A stretch of 64,000 bases of DNA from a virus (IMGVR_UViG_3300012205_000277:1-64000); one strand, 5' to 3'. Shown: positions 18,728-29,308, counted from the first letter of the stretch. Numbers and translations are program-made. The notes: a model not told the origin generated them from the sequence alone.

Positions 18728-21700
18728 AAATCCCAAGGCGGCGAAGCCGTTCGCTCGGGAGTATCAGTTTCCCGAGGTCCTGTACGGTGTAATCGATTCC
18801 GCTATAAACCAAATTCCTCAGCGTAAATACTTCGCCTTCGATCCCGCTGCCGGCATCCACATATTTTTGTGCGTCGGCTTTCGGATCCAAGTACGCGACG
18901 CAAATGTGCGGCTTATATTCCGGATGGGTTTCTGTGTGCGGGAGTACTTTCAGATCCTCGTGTAACTTTCGCAATTTTTCGCTTTCGATTCGAATTACCA
19001 AAGGCACGCCATCTTCACCAACCGGGAAAGCTTCAAGTCCTTCGATCGTAACTTCTATATCGCCAATTCCTTTGGTGATTTTGTTGATTTGTTTGGCGGT
19101 CACTTCGGCGTGAAAACCCCAAAGTACGGTGACGTGCGGAGCGACATCCCTCCCCTTTTTGGCAAAATCTTCTTCCTCGACTGGAATCGCCAGCACCCGC
19201 TGGGCATCATCGGCCGATAGATTGAATTGGACGCTTCCATATTTGCGTTTCTCGAGAATGTTGCCGAGGATCTTCTGGAACCGGCCGGAAACGGACGTGA
19301 GCTGGGAATTGAACACTTTACGTACAGCATGCTGGATGGCGTGGACGGCTTGTTCGGATTCGGCCGTCAGTACGCCGGCTTCAATACGCGATCCGAGCCG
19401 CTTTTCGAATAACGCTTCGCGAATTTTTTTTTTACCGTCGAGGCTTTCCTTGCCGTTCTCGGCCCCGGTGTTTCTTCCCGTCGACCGGCCGCCACCAGCT
19501 TCCTGGCTGACGGGGGTTCCGCCGCGCGTGGCATTGTGCCCGCCGGCGCCGTTCGTTGCGGGTTTCATAGGCGGTGCCGTGGGCGTTACCGGATGCGGCT
19601 TGATATTTCCCTTTTCATCGACCATCAATCCCGCGGTTGCCGGAGCGACGCCCACCGGAATGAATCCGGTCCCGCTGATCACCCCGAGCTGGTCGGCTTC
19701 CGGCTCCGGCCGCAATTCCTCGCCAACGCGCTTCCGGGCTTCGTTCGGGGTCAGCACGGCTTTCCCGACCAGCATCGTAAGCGCCGCGGCATTCTTCAGC
19801 GGATCCGGCTCGGCATAGGGGTTGATCGCGATTTCATAATCGGTCATGCCCATCTTGCGCTGGATGATGAAATCGATGATCCCTTTGACCCAGAGCACCC
19901 AGGGAAGCGTCCCTTCGACTTCGGCGGCGTCCGAAGACGATTTGCCTTCCGTGCGGATCATCTTCATCAGCCGCTGGGGGCTTGTCCCGTAGCCAAAAGC
20001 GATTTCGCGGATATGCTTTTCGTCGTAGAGCCCGGCCAGGAGCGGCTCTTTCGGGAAAAGAATCTGGTCGATTTTGCCTGGTTCGTTGAATCCTTGCACG
20101 AGCCGCCACTGGTTGCGCTTCGCGAGGTTCCCGGCCAGCTGCGAGTTCATCCATTCCATCGCTTCTTCGATGCGGTCGGGTGAGGTTCCACGTGGAACGA
20201 CTTGAACGACGCCGGGAACGGATCCTTCGGTATTCCCGGACCATGCAACTTTTCCGTTGCGACGGACATAAAGGAATTTATTGGGAACACAGACGCAGCA
20301 AACGGGGCCGCTATATTGTTCGCGGGTTGCGGTCCATCCGCGCGTATTTATGCCTTTACGGCGCGTGACCATCCAGCCAATTCGAGATTTACCTGAACGG
20401 CTATCGGGAAACTTTGCGGTTTGCGCCTTGCGTGTCCATGTTGTTGAAGCATCACCCATCTTCTGGATGATTTCTGTGAGTTGGTCAGCTAGTTTCTTAC
20501 TGACTGTGAACACCTGCGGAGTTCCGGAAGCGCATCCATCACCCATCCAATAATACTTCCAAAAAATCTCCAATTGGCGCGTGGTGGTATCGCGAATATC
20601 ATCCGGGATGAATTTTTGATGCGAATGGCCAAGTGGTTTCAGAAAGTCAACGAGCACTCGGCGCTGAAACTCGAACTGATGGCCGGAATAACATGGCTCG
20701 TCACCGAGAATATCCGCAAGCAGTTTTAGGTAGAGTTCATAACTGCCACGTGTATCTCTTTTCTTTTGGGCAATCTGAATAGACCTTCTGCGCGTAGAGC
20801 CTTCTGCTAAATACATGCCCATGAAAGCGCAATATTGGTCACCAGTCATGCGGACTTCGAGTGGATCTGGGCCACTTCGCTTTTTTGTTGACTTGAACAC
20901 CTTCTCAGAAATCTCAGTTCCCATCCATACAGATGACTGCGGGATTCCGGTGCGTCCGGAATACACTTCTGCCAGTGCATCGGCTTCAATGACAAATTCT
21001 TTTTTGCGCCCAGGCTTGCCTTTTCCAAGAGCGCGAGGCAGTGAATCAACAAGCATCCGATGGTTTGGTGTAACGAGCAGATCCAAACTTTGGCCCTTAA
21101 AGTGGACCATCTCCCCTTCGTAATGTTTATAAAAAGTGTCGTATGCTTTTTGCCACTCAAAGATTCCTGTTTGAATTTGACGTGTCGCAAATTCATCATT
21201 CTCATTTGTTTCTGCAAAACGGAACCAGCCGCGTTTTGTCAAGACTTCGGTATCATCGGAGTAGCAATAGTAGGCAAGAACGAACTGCATGCGTTTGATG
21301 CCGATTTGAATTTCCGGGGCAAGTTGTTCAGTCACGGAATTCCCGTATAGCTGAGAGGCCAGCGTATTGCGGGGCACGATGCTGCGCGGCTTGTAAACGA
21401 GTTGGTCCGTAGTTAGGTCGACCAGCGGCAAGCCCCACCAGTTTTGGGCATAAGCCGGGCTCGGCGGCATGGGCGTAAATCCGTTGTTATCTATATAGCG
21501 CGTGATCATCTCCCCTCTTATCGTAGGGAGTTCCGCGATTTCTCCTTTGTATGTTTTCCTGATCAAAATGCTGGGCGCATCGATGACCAGCAGATCGTCG
21601 AGCAGCGGCCGAAGCCATTCCTGCCAGTTGTGCTCGCGGTCGGGATATTCAAAGAACCGGTTCAGTTTGATCAGGTCGTCTTTGTTGTCTTTGGCGCGCT

Positions 21701-22070
21701 GCGCTACGTCCTTGCGCGACTCCATCGGGTTGGCGCGCATCTGGATTTCCCAGGGCGCGCGCGTCACGGTGTCTTTCACGTTCTCGATGCAGATGCGCGC
21801 CAGCGGATACGTCGCGAGCGCTTTCAGGTCGGCGGCGGAAAATTCCGCGTCGGCCCGCGGGGTAAAAATCAGGTTCTGCCCGGCCCACGTCTGGAAGCCG
21901 CGCGGCTCGGTTCCCGGGGGAGCTAGCGGGCGCACCGGCTGCAGGGGAGAATACCAACTGTCTTGATCGATGCCGCGGATGGTTTCTGGCGGGCGCTGAT
22001 ACAGCGATGTGAGTCCTTGCACCAATTGGGCAACAGGACGGATGACGAGACCGGTGCGGCCGTTTGCCAT
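18726..22070 (-). CDS. Portal protein with LAGLIDADG intein and C-terminal 2H phosphoesterase (Acb1-like) domain
   Basis: Portal segments DLLVIDA, YG.S..EQ, TPNEAR...G; intein; PHVT...PHIC 2H motifs. Confidence 0.85.
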   Translation of the reverse strand: MANGRTGLVIRPVAQLVQGLTSLYQRPPETIRGIDQDSWYSPLQPVRPLAPPGTEPRGFQTWAGQNLIFTPRADAEFSAADLKALATYPLARICIENVKDTVTRAPWEIQMRANPMESRKDVAQRAKDNKDDLIKLNRFFEYPDREHNWQEWLRPLLDDLLVIDAPSILIRKTYKGEIAELPTIRGEMITRYIDNNGFTPMPPSPAYAQNWWGLPLVDLTTDQLVYKPRSIVPRNTLASQLYGNSVTEQLAPEIQIGIKRMQFVLAYYCYSDDTEVLTKRGWFRFAETNENDEFATRQIQTGIFEWQKAYDTFYKHYEGEMVHFKGQSLDLLVTPNHRMLVDSLPRALGKGKPGRKKEFVIEADALAEVYSGRTGIPQSSVWMGTEISEKVFKSTKKRSGPDPLEVRMTGDQYCAFMGMYLAEGSTRRRSIQIAQKKRDTRGSYELYLKLLADILGDEPCYSGHQFEFQRRVLVDFLKPLGHSHQKFIPDDIRDTTTRQLEIFWKYYWMGDGCASGTPQVFTVSKKLADQLTEIIQKMGDASTTWTRKAQTAKFPDSRSGKSRIGWMVTRRKGINTRGWTATREQYSGPVCCVCVPNKFLYVRRNGKVAWSGNTEGSVPGVVQVVPRGTSPDRIEEAMEWMNSQLAGNLAKRNQWRLVQGFNEPGKIDQILFPKEPLLAGLYDEKHIREIAFGYGTSPQRLMKMIRTEGKSSSDAAEVEGTLPWVLWVKGIIDFIIQRKMGMTDYEIAINPYAEPDPLKNAAALTMLVGKAVLTPNEARKRVGEELRPEPEADQLGVISGTGFIPVGVAPATAGLMVDEKGNIKPHPVTPTAPPMKPATNGAGGHNATRGGTPVSQEAGGGRSTGRNTGAENGKESLDGKKKIREALFEKRLGSRIEAGVLTAESEQAVHAIQHAVRKVFNSQLTSVSGRFQKILGNILEKRKYGSVQFNLSADDAQRVLAIPVEEEDFAKKGRDVAPHVTVLWGFHAEVTAKQINKITKGIGDIEVTIEGLEAFPVGEDGVPLVIRIESEKLRKLHEDLKVLPHTETHPEYKPHICVAYLDPKADAQKYVDAGSGIEGEVFTLRNLVYSGIDYTVQDLGKLILPSERLRRLGI
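20232..21266 (-). mobile_element. Intein (345 aa) with LAGLIDADG homing endonuclease
   Basis: YY|CYSDDTEVLTKRGW...VTPNHRM...FMGMYLAEGS...YWMGDG...VRRNGKVAWSGN|T. Confidence 0.92.
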
Positions 22071-22099
22071 TTAGTGGGCCAGTGTATTCCAAATATGTA

Positions 22100-22468
22100 C
22101 TATGTGGAAGATGCAGTTTCCCCTTCTTCCTGCAGGAATGCTTGCCGGTCTTCTTTTGTTTCGAGATCCGTCCGCGCCACCGATGGCAATACTTTCGAGG
22201 GATCGACGGCTTTGGCGATCGGAGAATCGAACCAGCGCGCGCCGTCGACCGCACACGTATGCTGGCAAAGAATCTGCCCGCCGATGACGGGGTTTTTCGC
22301 GGTTGGACCCGGTTTGGCTTTGAGAACGCACCGTAAACGCCCTTCGCGAGCGCCGCATACCGGGCAGCGCGCATTCGGATCGATCCGTGCAAGTTCTTCC
22401 GGCTTGGGAATCCGCAAAAACCATACGAAGCGCTTCAAGGCGACGATCAGCCAATAAAAGAGCATCAC
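22100..22468 (-). CDS. Hypothetical zinc-finger protein
   Basis: CPVCG...C.VDG. Confidence 0.6.
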   Translation of the reverse strand: MMLFYWLIVALKRFVWFLRIPKPEELARIDPNARCPVCGAREGRLRCVLKAKPGPTAKNPVIGGQILCQHTCAVDGARWFDSPIAKAVDPSKVLPSVARTDLETKEDRQAFLQEEGETASST

Positions 22469-23030
22469 TCCCTCCGGCGGAATTGCCGCCGATCGCTATA
22501 GAGCTTGTCGGCTTCGTGTTCGATGGTTTCGCGCGACGGGAACCAGCGCACAAAATCGGGCCTGGTCTCGACCGAATCCATTATGAATTGGAGGCTCCCA
22601 TAATCGCAATTGATGCAGACCACTTCCCCATCGCGCCCTCTGAGGATAAAGCCGAACTTGAAGGGCCGCGCTGCCTCTTTCAAGGCCGCGAGTTCCTGGC
22701 TCCTGGTCAGGACGGGCGGGTCTCTTTTCTTGCCGTTCATCAATTCTTCCAATTTCCCCAAGGGGCCACGCGCATCAGTTCCCGGATGCGCTTTTGCTCG
22801 GCTAGAATTCCCGGAGCGGTATGCTTCGGCAGGGCGCGGTGAGGCTGCATGAGTTTCGCCGCGTCCGCCCCGGAGATGACGCCCACCACGTTTTTCTCGT
22901 AGCCGAAACGGCCGTTCCACAGTTGCGCGTATTCGTTCCAACTGTTCGCCGTACGCCGCCAAGAGCGCGAACTGCAGGCCTGGGCCTTATAAAGTTCGCC
23001 GTTACGGAACCACACAACGATGGTCACGTT

Positions 23031-23399
23031 TCACTCCCCAAATTTCCATTGGTTCCAGCGCCGCAGGAGTTCTTCTTTTGCCGCCGCTGTCGTTAAACGC
23101 TCGAGACAACCTGTGGTCATCCCTTCGAAACAATAATCCATTTGGTCCCAGAGTTCGCCGCCGAAGATTCTCCCATTGCAGTAGAACGCTTCCGCAATTT
23201 CCGCGCAAATCAGACACGTGTCGGCTACCCACATGTCCCCTTCGAACTTGCCGGTGGCATGCTCATAACGCTCGCCAGATAGGATTTCCTTGCTGCACTC
23301 GCTGCATTTGTGCGGCTTCCGGGCCCGGCGAACTTCCACGTGGAAGAATTCACAAGAGCCTTCCGGTTCCGCTCCGATGCAAATTCCACAATCGCTCAT
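23031..23399 (-). CDS. Cys-rich phage protein
   Basis: RRARKPHKCSEC...GE.Y....G..EG....TC..C; start MSDCG. Confidence 0.65.
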   Translation of the reverse strand: MSDCGICIGAEPEGSCEFFHVEVRRARKPHKCSECSKEILSGERYEHATGKFEGDMWVADTCLICAEIAEAFYCNGRIFGGELWDQMDYCFEGMTTGCLERLTTAAAKEELLRRWNQWKFGE

Positions 23400-23970
23400 C
23401 GCCGCTCCTCGTCCTGCTTCATATCGAAAAGCGCGTCGACCAGTCTCTTGGCTTTTTCGGGGTCGAGCCCGGGACGCGTCGCGAGCACCGCCTTGAAGAT
23501 CCCGCCTGCCGGCCGGTTCATCTGGATCAGCGGCCGCATGACGTTCACATAGTTTCGCCGGCGCTTCCATCGGCGATTGCTCGTGCGGTCGACGCCGAAG
23601 CCCATTTTAGCCTTTCTTTAGCCTTTCTTTAGAGCGGAGGCCGGTCCCTTTTCCATCGTACCCACCGGCCCACGCTCCTCCTGGCGGTCAACTATCCCGC
23701 CGGAATCCAATCATGTGCCCAGCTGCTTGTCGGTCCCTTCCCAGACGAATTCAGTCAACGGGGCGGGGTTTCAGTTCGCGTTCCTTCCAATATTTTTGCC
23801 GGGCTTCCTGTTCCGCTTCCTCCGCTTTCCGGATGAGGAGGTAGCCAAGATTCCGCGCCTGGTCCGGGGAGAAAACGATATGCCCAACGCCGTTCGCGTC
23901 CGGCTGCAAATCCGGATGATTCACTACGACTTCGCCGTCCAAAGTGCCCACTTCGAGAATACCTCCGGTT

Positions 23971-24411
23971 TTATTGTCCACCCGGCACCTCCCAATTGAA
24001 GATTCCTTGCGCGCCTTTCTGCGGGAAGGGCTTGTCGAATTTACGGACGAGCGTCAGGAACCATCCGAAGCGCCCCGGCGTAAAATCCCCGTAGCGGCCT
24101 TCCTGGTACAGCATGATTTCTTTGTAAAAGTCCTGCGTGAACCGTTCGCACTTATCGAGCCGTACGATCCCGAGCACGGCGCCGCGCGGTATGCTGTCGG
24201 CGGAATAGCCCCAGGAAGCGCACATGCAGCGGTCGACATATTTGGTCGCATGAATCGCCAGTTCCGCCCCGATGAGCCAGGCCGGCGCGGGCCAGTGGCG
24301 CGTTTCGATCTGTTTTCTGCCGTCGGTTATGAGACTTGCCCACGGCTGCCAGAGGGAAATACATTTGAGAGTGGTCGGTAGCGTCGTCGTGCCCATTATC
24401 GTGCCCGCCAA
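23971..24411 (-). CDS. ASCH domain protein
   Basis: ISLWQPWASLI..G.KQIETR.W...KG.QG. Confidence 0.88.
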   Translation of the reverse strand: MAGTIMGTTTLPTTLKCISLWQPWASLITDGRKQIETRHWPAPAWLIGAELAIHATKYVDRCMCASWGYSADSIPRGAVLGIVRLDKCERFTQDFYKEIMLYQEGRYGDFTPGRFGWFLTLVRKFDKPFPQKGAQGIFNWEVPGGQ

Positions 24412-24803
24412 TGAATGATTTCTCCGCTAAACGGCAGCCGGTTCTTCGGCGTGGTCCAGAATTTCATCATCTCGCGAAGGCTTTTGAAACCGTCGCGGCG
24501 CGCGAAATGGTCGCATTCGGAATCATCCAGTTCCACGCCATCGATCGTTATGCCCATGGTCTTTAGACTTCCAAGCGCCCGGATGATGGGCCAGATATTG
24601 ATTTGCTCCACCTTGACGCATTCAACTTCCATAAGTAGCTTCGCTTCTTTGGTGCGCAGCCCGGTGTAGAGGTAGAGCGTGTCGCCAGGCTTGTCGGGAT
24701 ACTTCCGCGCCGCGCGGATAGTGTGCTTCTTCTTCCCGGCGAGGATCGCTCCTGCAAACATCGGTTTGAAATTGTACAAGCCCATTTTCAGCAGTCCCGC
24801 CAA
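24396..24803 (-). CDS. ASCH domain protein (second subfamily)
   Basis: NFK..F...I..GKK.HTIR, PGD.L.LYTG.RT, FA..DGF. Confidence 0.8.
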   Translation of the reverse strand: MAGLLKMGLYNFKPMFAGAILAGKKKHTIRAARKYPDKPGDTLYLYTGLRTKEAKLLMEVECVKVEQINIWPIIRALGSLKTMGITIDGVELDDSECDHFARRDGFKSLREMMKFWTTPKNRLPFSGEIIHWRAR

Positions 24804-25039
24804 ACGCCTTTTTCAAGATAGCCGTGTTTTTCGACCGGCTTCCCGGAATCGTGCCCGGTCGTCAGTATCGACGGGCTTGCCGTGATCGTCCCGTCTTCGT
24901 GCTCGACGATTTTGTGATTGGCCAGATTCCCCAGGCCACAACCGGGCATGTACAGATACCAGATGCCTTCTTGCTTGAAATAACAGAATTTCGTATCGTC
25001 CAGATCCTCAAATTTTTCGATGCGATACGCTGGGGTCAT
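24788..25039 (-). CDS. DUF6527-like protein
   Basis: DGTIT.SPSI...HGYL..G.W. Confidence 0.55.
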   Translation of the reverse strand: MTPAYRIEKFEDLDDTKFCYFKQEGIWYLYMPGCGLGNLANHKIVEHEDGTITASPSILTTGHDSGKPVEKHGYLEKGVWRDC

Positions 25040-26018
25040 TCTTTTTCACCAGGCAATCGATTCGAGCTTGGCCCAGGCATGGTCCCATTCCTCGGCGTTC
25101 AGTACCACCACGCGCTGCGCTTCGCAAGCCTGAGTCATGTCCGGATGGGCGACGCACGGGCAATTCTTCTTGCAGTCCGCCTCGTCCGCATACACCTTGC
25201 TGCCGCCAAGGGCATGCCCCAGCTCGTAAGCAAAATCGGTAGAATCCATCCAGCCGATTCTTTTCCTCCGCATGGCTTCAAGCAGCGGCAGTAAATGCTC
25301 CGCCAGCACCTTTTTGCCGTGTTCGATGACCTGTTGGCGGACGTAATGGTTTACCAGGCCTTCGCTCGGAGCGATGCGCGAAGCCAGGTTGTGGAGCAAC
25401 TGCTCTTCTTTGAGATTCATGCGGTCCCTCACAGGAAATAGATGGCACGCGCTTCGGCAAGCGCCCGGAGACGCCCGCGGCCCAGTTCGCGAAGTTTTTG
25501 ATACAGCCACAGATACTCTCTCAGCCCGGTGCCAACCTCCAAACGGTCGGCATTGTAAATGATCCGGCCATCTTCTTGAACCGCATAGACGGGATTTGAC
25601 CAGTGACGGTGGTGTCCGGGACCGTATTTCGCGATCGTCCAGCGGGGATACCGGGTTAAAAATTCCGGCGCTATCGCCAATTCCGGCTGCCCTGCTTCTC
25701 CGCACGATGGCTCATCCGGAACTTTTTCGGTTGCCATGGTTACCGGCGTCCGGCCATCGGCCGGCCAGGGATCGGAACTGAGCACCGGCGATACGATGTT
25801 TCGCGGAGGCGGTGCCGCCGGCATGGGTGGAAGTGGCTTAGGTAAGGGCGGATACGCCAGGGAAGTCAGTGGTGGCAATAGCGGATCGCGATAGAACCGC
25901 GCCATCGCTCCGTTATTGAATAGCGCCACTTCTTCGCCATTGCGCTCGATGATGCGGTAGGGCATGTTCGCCGAATCAAGCGGCCGGCCTTTCATCACTC
26001 CGGTGGCATATTTCAGTG

Positions 26019-26651
26019 TCATGATTTCCCCTCGAAATGATCGTTGACGACCAGCATGTTCCAAGGAAACGTTTCAACGACCGTCCATCCAGGAAGCATG
26101 CCGAGGAGCTCCGCCTTTGTCGCCATCCCTTCATATACCGGAGTATCGAAGCATTCCACAAACAAATAATGCGTGCGCTTCAAAGCTTCTCTCCCGAACG
26201 CGATCATATCTTTTTCGGCCCCGTGGATGTCCACCCACAGCAAATCGATCTCGTCGAGCCCGGCATCGGCAAAAAGACGGTCGAAGGTGAGGCAGGGAAT
26301 GGCCGTAATTTTTTTGAATTGTGCCGGCAGCACGCTCAAGCCTGAAAGCGGCGGATAAATCGATCCGAACCCCCCACCGGAATCGCGGCATTCCCAGAAA
26401 TCGCACGTGCCATCGTGACCCGCGATGGCTCCGTGAAGATAATAATGATTCCCGGGGAGCCCGCGGGTGACCAGCTTCATGAAATTCACGTGGTCGGCTT
26501 CGACCATCACCGCGCGCGCGGGCTTCCCGCCGACAGCCTCGAGCATCCATTCCATGTCTTCGCCTTCGTGCGCGCCCAACTCGACAATCGTTGGCACGTT
26601 CAAGATTTTGAGGATCGCGGTGATGCGTTCCTGCTCGACTGGAAAAGTCAT
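26019..26651 (-). CDS. FkbM family methyltransferase
   Basis: IVELGAHEG, VEAD, IDLLWVDIHGAE, Y.G. Confidence 0.88.
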   Translation of the reverse strand: MTFPVEQERITAILKILNVPTIVELGAHEGEDMEWMLEAVGGKPARAVMVEADHVNFMKLVTRGLPGNHYYLHGAIAGHDGTCDFWECRDSGGGFGSIYPPLSGLSVLPAQFKKITAIPCLTFDRLFADAGLDEIDLLWVDIHGAEKDMIAFGREALKRTHYLFVECFDTPVYEGMATKAELLGMLPGWTVVETFPWNMLVVNDHFEGKS

Positions 26652-26886
26652 TCTTTTATGTCCTCGATTTCGCGGAAAAATTCGCCCACCTGCAAGGCTA
26701 CCTGTTCGAAATTGAGCACGCCGATCCGCGCCAGCACGGCATTGGCTTCCGCCAGCTGCGCGGCGATTTCCGTCAAGATTTCCAGTTGCGTCAAGGCGAT
26801 TTCGCGGTCGAGTGTCGGGGTGACCGCGCCTTGCTGCTGCATAAGGTTCCGCAAGCGCCAGTATTTGGCCCGGATTTCGCTGACAT

Positions 26887-27084
26887 TCATCGGAACATTC
26901 TCTTTTTTGCCAATTTCGCGATCGCGAGCCGGCTGGGAGCGTGGAGCTTTTTTCTCAAGCTGCAGACGGCGTTCTTGGCGCTTTGCACTTTGATCGACAA
27001 CTGCTCGGCGATTTGGCGGTCCGTGAGGTTGCGCTCAAGCAGCGCCAGCAAATCCCATTCGCGTTTGGTCAGCCGGAGGGCCAT
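26887..27084 (-). CDS. LuxR-type helix-turn-helix regulator
   Basis: LTKREWDLL.LL....TDRQIA.QL.I....KN....LRKKL. Confidence 0.85.
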   Translation of the reverse strand: MALRLTKREWDLLALLERNLTDRQIAEQLSIKVQSAKNAVCSLRKKLHAPSRLAIAKLAKKRMFR

Positions 27085-27333
27085 TTGTTTAGTTCACCAA
27101 TAATTTCTGCTGGTGTTCCCAGGCGGCCACCGCGGCGTCGGCAGCCTGGCGCACCGTCAAGCCTTCCGGATCGGTTTCCCCGGAATCGAGGATATAGCAC
27201 CCGCAGCGCCGCTCGATATGCGCGACGCTCCCAATGATTGTCCGCATAAAGCAGTTCTTGTGCGCCAGGTCGCCGTCGGGATACCGATGCACGGGATCTT
27301 CCGGGCCGATCGGTTCCTGGCAATGGAAGCACT

Positions 27334-28701
27334 TCATTGCGGTTCTCCGAACATGTCCGGGGCGGCTTCCTCGAACCGCGTGTAATTGGATAGGAACACG
27401 AACCGGACCATGTCCGTCGGGCCGTTGCGCTGCTTGCCGATGATCAGTTCGGCTTCGTCGCGTTCTTCCTGGGTGGCGCTATGTTTGTACAGGTTCGGGC
27501 GGTGGATGAACAAGACCACGTCCGAATCTTGTTCAAGGCTCCCACTCTCGCGCAAATCGGATAGGTGCGGAGCGCGGTCTTCTTTGTCCGGAGCCCGGGT
27601 GAGCTGGCTCAGCGCCACGACCGGCACGCCAAGATTTTTCGCCAAGGCTTTTAAGCCGCGGCTGACGTCGGCAACTTCTTCCTGGCGGCTGCGCAGATGC
27701 CGCGAGCTAGCTACCAGCTGCAAGTAATCCACGATCACCAGGCTCAGGCCATGCTCGTTTTGGACGCGTTCTGCGCGCGCCATGATTTCACCGACGGTAG
27801 CGAGGGAAGAATCGTCGATCCACAGCGGGGCCGGAGCGATCGTCGCGAGCGCGGTAACGATTCTCTGCCAGTCTTCTTTGGTGAGGTGCCCGGTCCTGAA
27901 TTTATGCGCATTGATTTTGGCTAGAGACGCAAGCAAGCGCAGGAGGAGCGAATCGGCGCTCATTTCGAGGGAAAACAGCGCGACCGGCTGGTGGCTCCGG
28001 ATGGCCACGTTTTCCGCGATGTTCACGGCCAAAGACGATTTCCCGCAACTGGGGCGCGCCGCGAGGATCGTTAGTTCCCCGGGCTGGAGGCCGGCAAGGG
28101 CTTTATCGAGTTCGCCGTAGCCGGTAGGGAGTCCGGTAACGTTTTTGCCTTCTTTATAGATTTTCTCCAGCCGCTCGAAATTCCCTTTGACGATGCCCAT
28201 GACCGGCCGGAGGCTTCCGGCCGACTGCAGTTGCTGCAGCTGGTTCAGCCGGCTGCGGGCTTCTTCGAGGACGGCGGCCGAGGTTTCTCCTTCAAATGCA
28301 TGGAGCTGGACGGCTTCGGCCATGCGGATGATCTGCCGCAATACGGCTTTTTCCTTGACGATTTTCGCGTAATGCTCGACGTTCGAAATTTTCGGCATGC
28401 CGTCGACCAGGCTCGCGAGGTAGGCGGTGCCGCCGATGGCCTCGAGTTCCTGTTCCTGGGCCAGGCGGTCGTTGACGGTAACGAGATCGACGGGGATCCC
28501 GGCGGTGTGCAGGGCCAGGAAATGCCCGAAGATATGCACGTGCGGGGCATAGTGGAAATCTTCGGGCTCGAGGAGCTCCTGGGCGGCGAGCAAGGCTTGG
28601 TTGTTGGCCAAAATGCCGCCTAGGACAGAACGTTCGGCTTCATGGTTGTTCGGCAAAGCCGGAGCGATCGCTTTGGCCTGCGTCATTTTTGGGCTAGCCA
28701 T
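27334..28701 (-). CDS. dnaB: Replicative DNA helicase
   Basis: EAERSVLG, AARPSCGKS, FSLEM, IVDYLQL, LSQL.R, DLRESGSLEQD.D, KQRNGP. Confidence 0.97.
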   Translation of the reverse strand: MASPKMTQAKAIAPALPNNHEAERSVLGGILANNQALLAAQELLEPEDFHYAPHVHIFGHFLALHTAGIPVDLVTVNDRLAQEQELEAIGGTAYLASLVDGMPKISNVEHYAKIVKEKAVLRQIIRMAEAVQLHAFEGETSAAVLEEARSRLNQLQQLQSAGSLRPVMGIVKGNFERLEKIYKEGKNVTGLPTGYGELDKALAGLQPGELTILAARPSCGKSSLAVNIAENVAIRSHQPVALFSLEMSADSLLLRLLASLAKINAHKFRTGHLTKEDWQRIVTALATIAPAPLWIDDSSLATVGEIMARAERVQNEHGLSLVIVDYLQLVASSRHLRSRQEEVADVSRGLKALAKNLGVPVVALSQLTRAPDKEDRAPHLSDLRESGSLEQDSDVVLFIHRPNLYKHSATQEERDEAELIIGKQRNGPTDMVRFVFLSNYTRFEEAAPDMFGEPQ

Positions 28702-29308
28702 GCTTCTCCCTGAATTTTTTCATGGCCTTCTCGAGCAACGGCCGCATTTCCGGAGAGAGGAATCCCCCCGGCTGGGAATATTTTTCTAGTGCGATATGGA
28801 GCAAATAGGCTTCCATGTAGGTTTTTTTGGCCCACACAAGCTGTTCGCGCGTGGCCGTGGCGAGATAAGCGACGCCGCCGGCGGAGCGGATAGCGTATGC
28901 GCTTCTGGGAGTGAATTTCGGTCCGCGGCCGAGATCGGGATAATAATTCTTGTCGATCGCTTTGAGGGCTTCCTGCCAGGAATCTTCGTTTTCCTCCCTG
29001 TCGGCGGTTTCTTCTATCCCCTTCAAAATATCCCAGACATGGGTGGGTGCCGGGAAAGGGCAGGCCATGCTAGGAATGAACGTTTTCATCAATTGCCCGA
29101 AAGCGAGTTCCAGGAGCGGCGGATCCACGTCCGCCAGACTTTCCAGCCATAGCGGCTCCCAAGCTTCATTCACCTCGCGATCGAATAGCACGGCGAGGCG
29201 GAAAAGCCCTTCACGGATGGTCAAGTCTAAGGGTTTTGGCGGCTTTCTGGGCACGATTTCGGTATTCTTCGGTGGTACGGCCGGCAGGTCCGATGATTCG
29301 TCGGGCAT
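28694..29308 (-). CDS. Putative helicase loader
   Basis: Between initiator and dnaB; W...L..........FP.P..V pattern. Confidence 0.55.
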   Translation of the reverse strand: MPDESSDLPAVPPKNTEIVPRKPPKPLDLTIREGLFRLAVLFDREVNEAWEPLWLESLADVDPPLLELAFGQLMKTFIPSMACPFPAPTHVWDILKGIEETADREENEDSWQEALKAIDKNYYPDLGRGPKFTPRSAYAIRSAGGVAYLATATREQLVWAKKTYMEAYLLHIALEKYSQPGGFLSPEMRPLLEKAMKKFREKHG

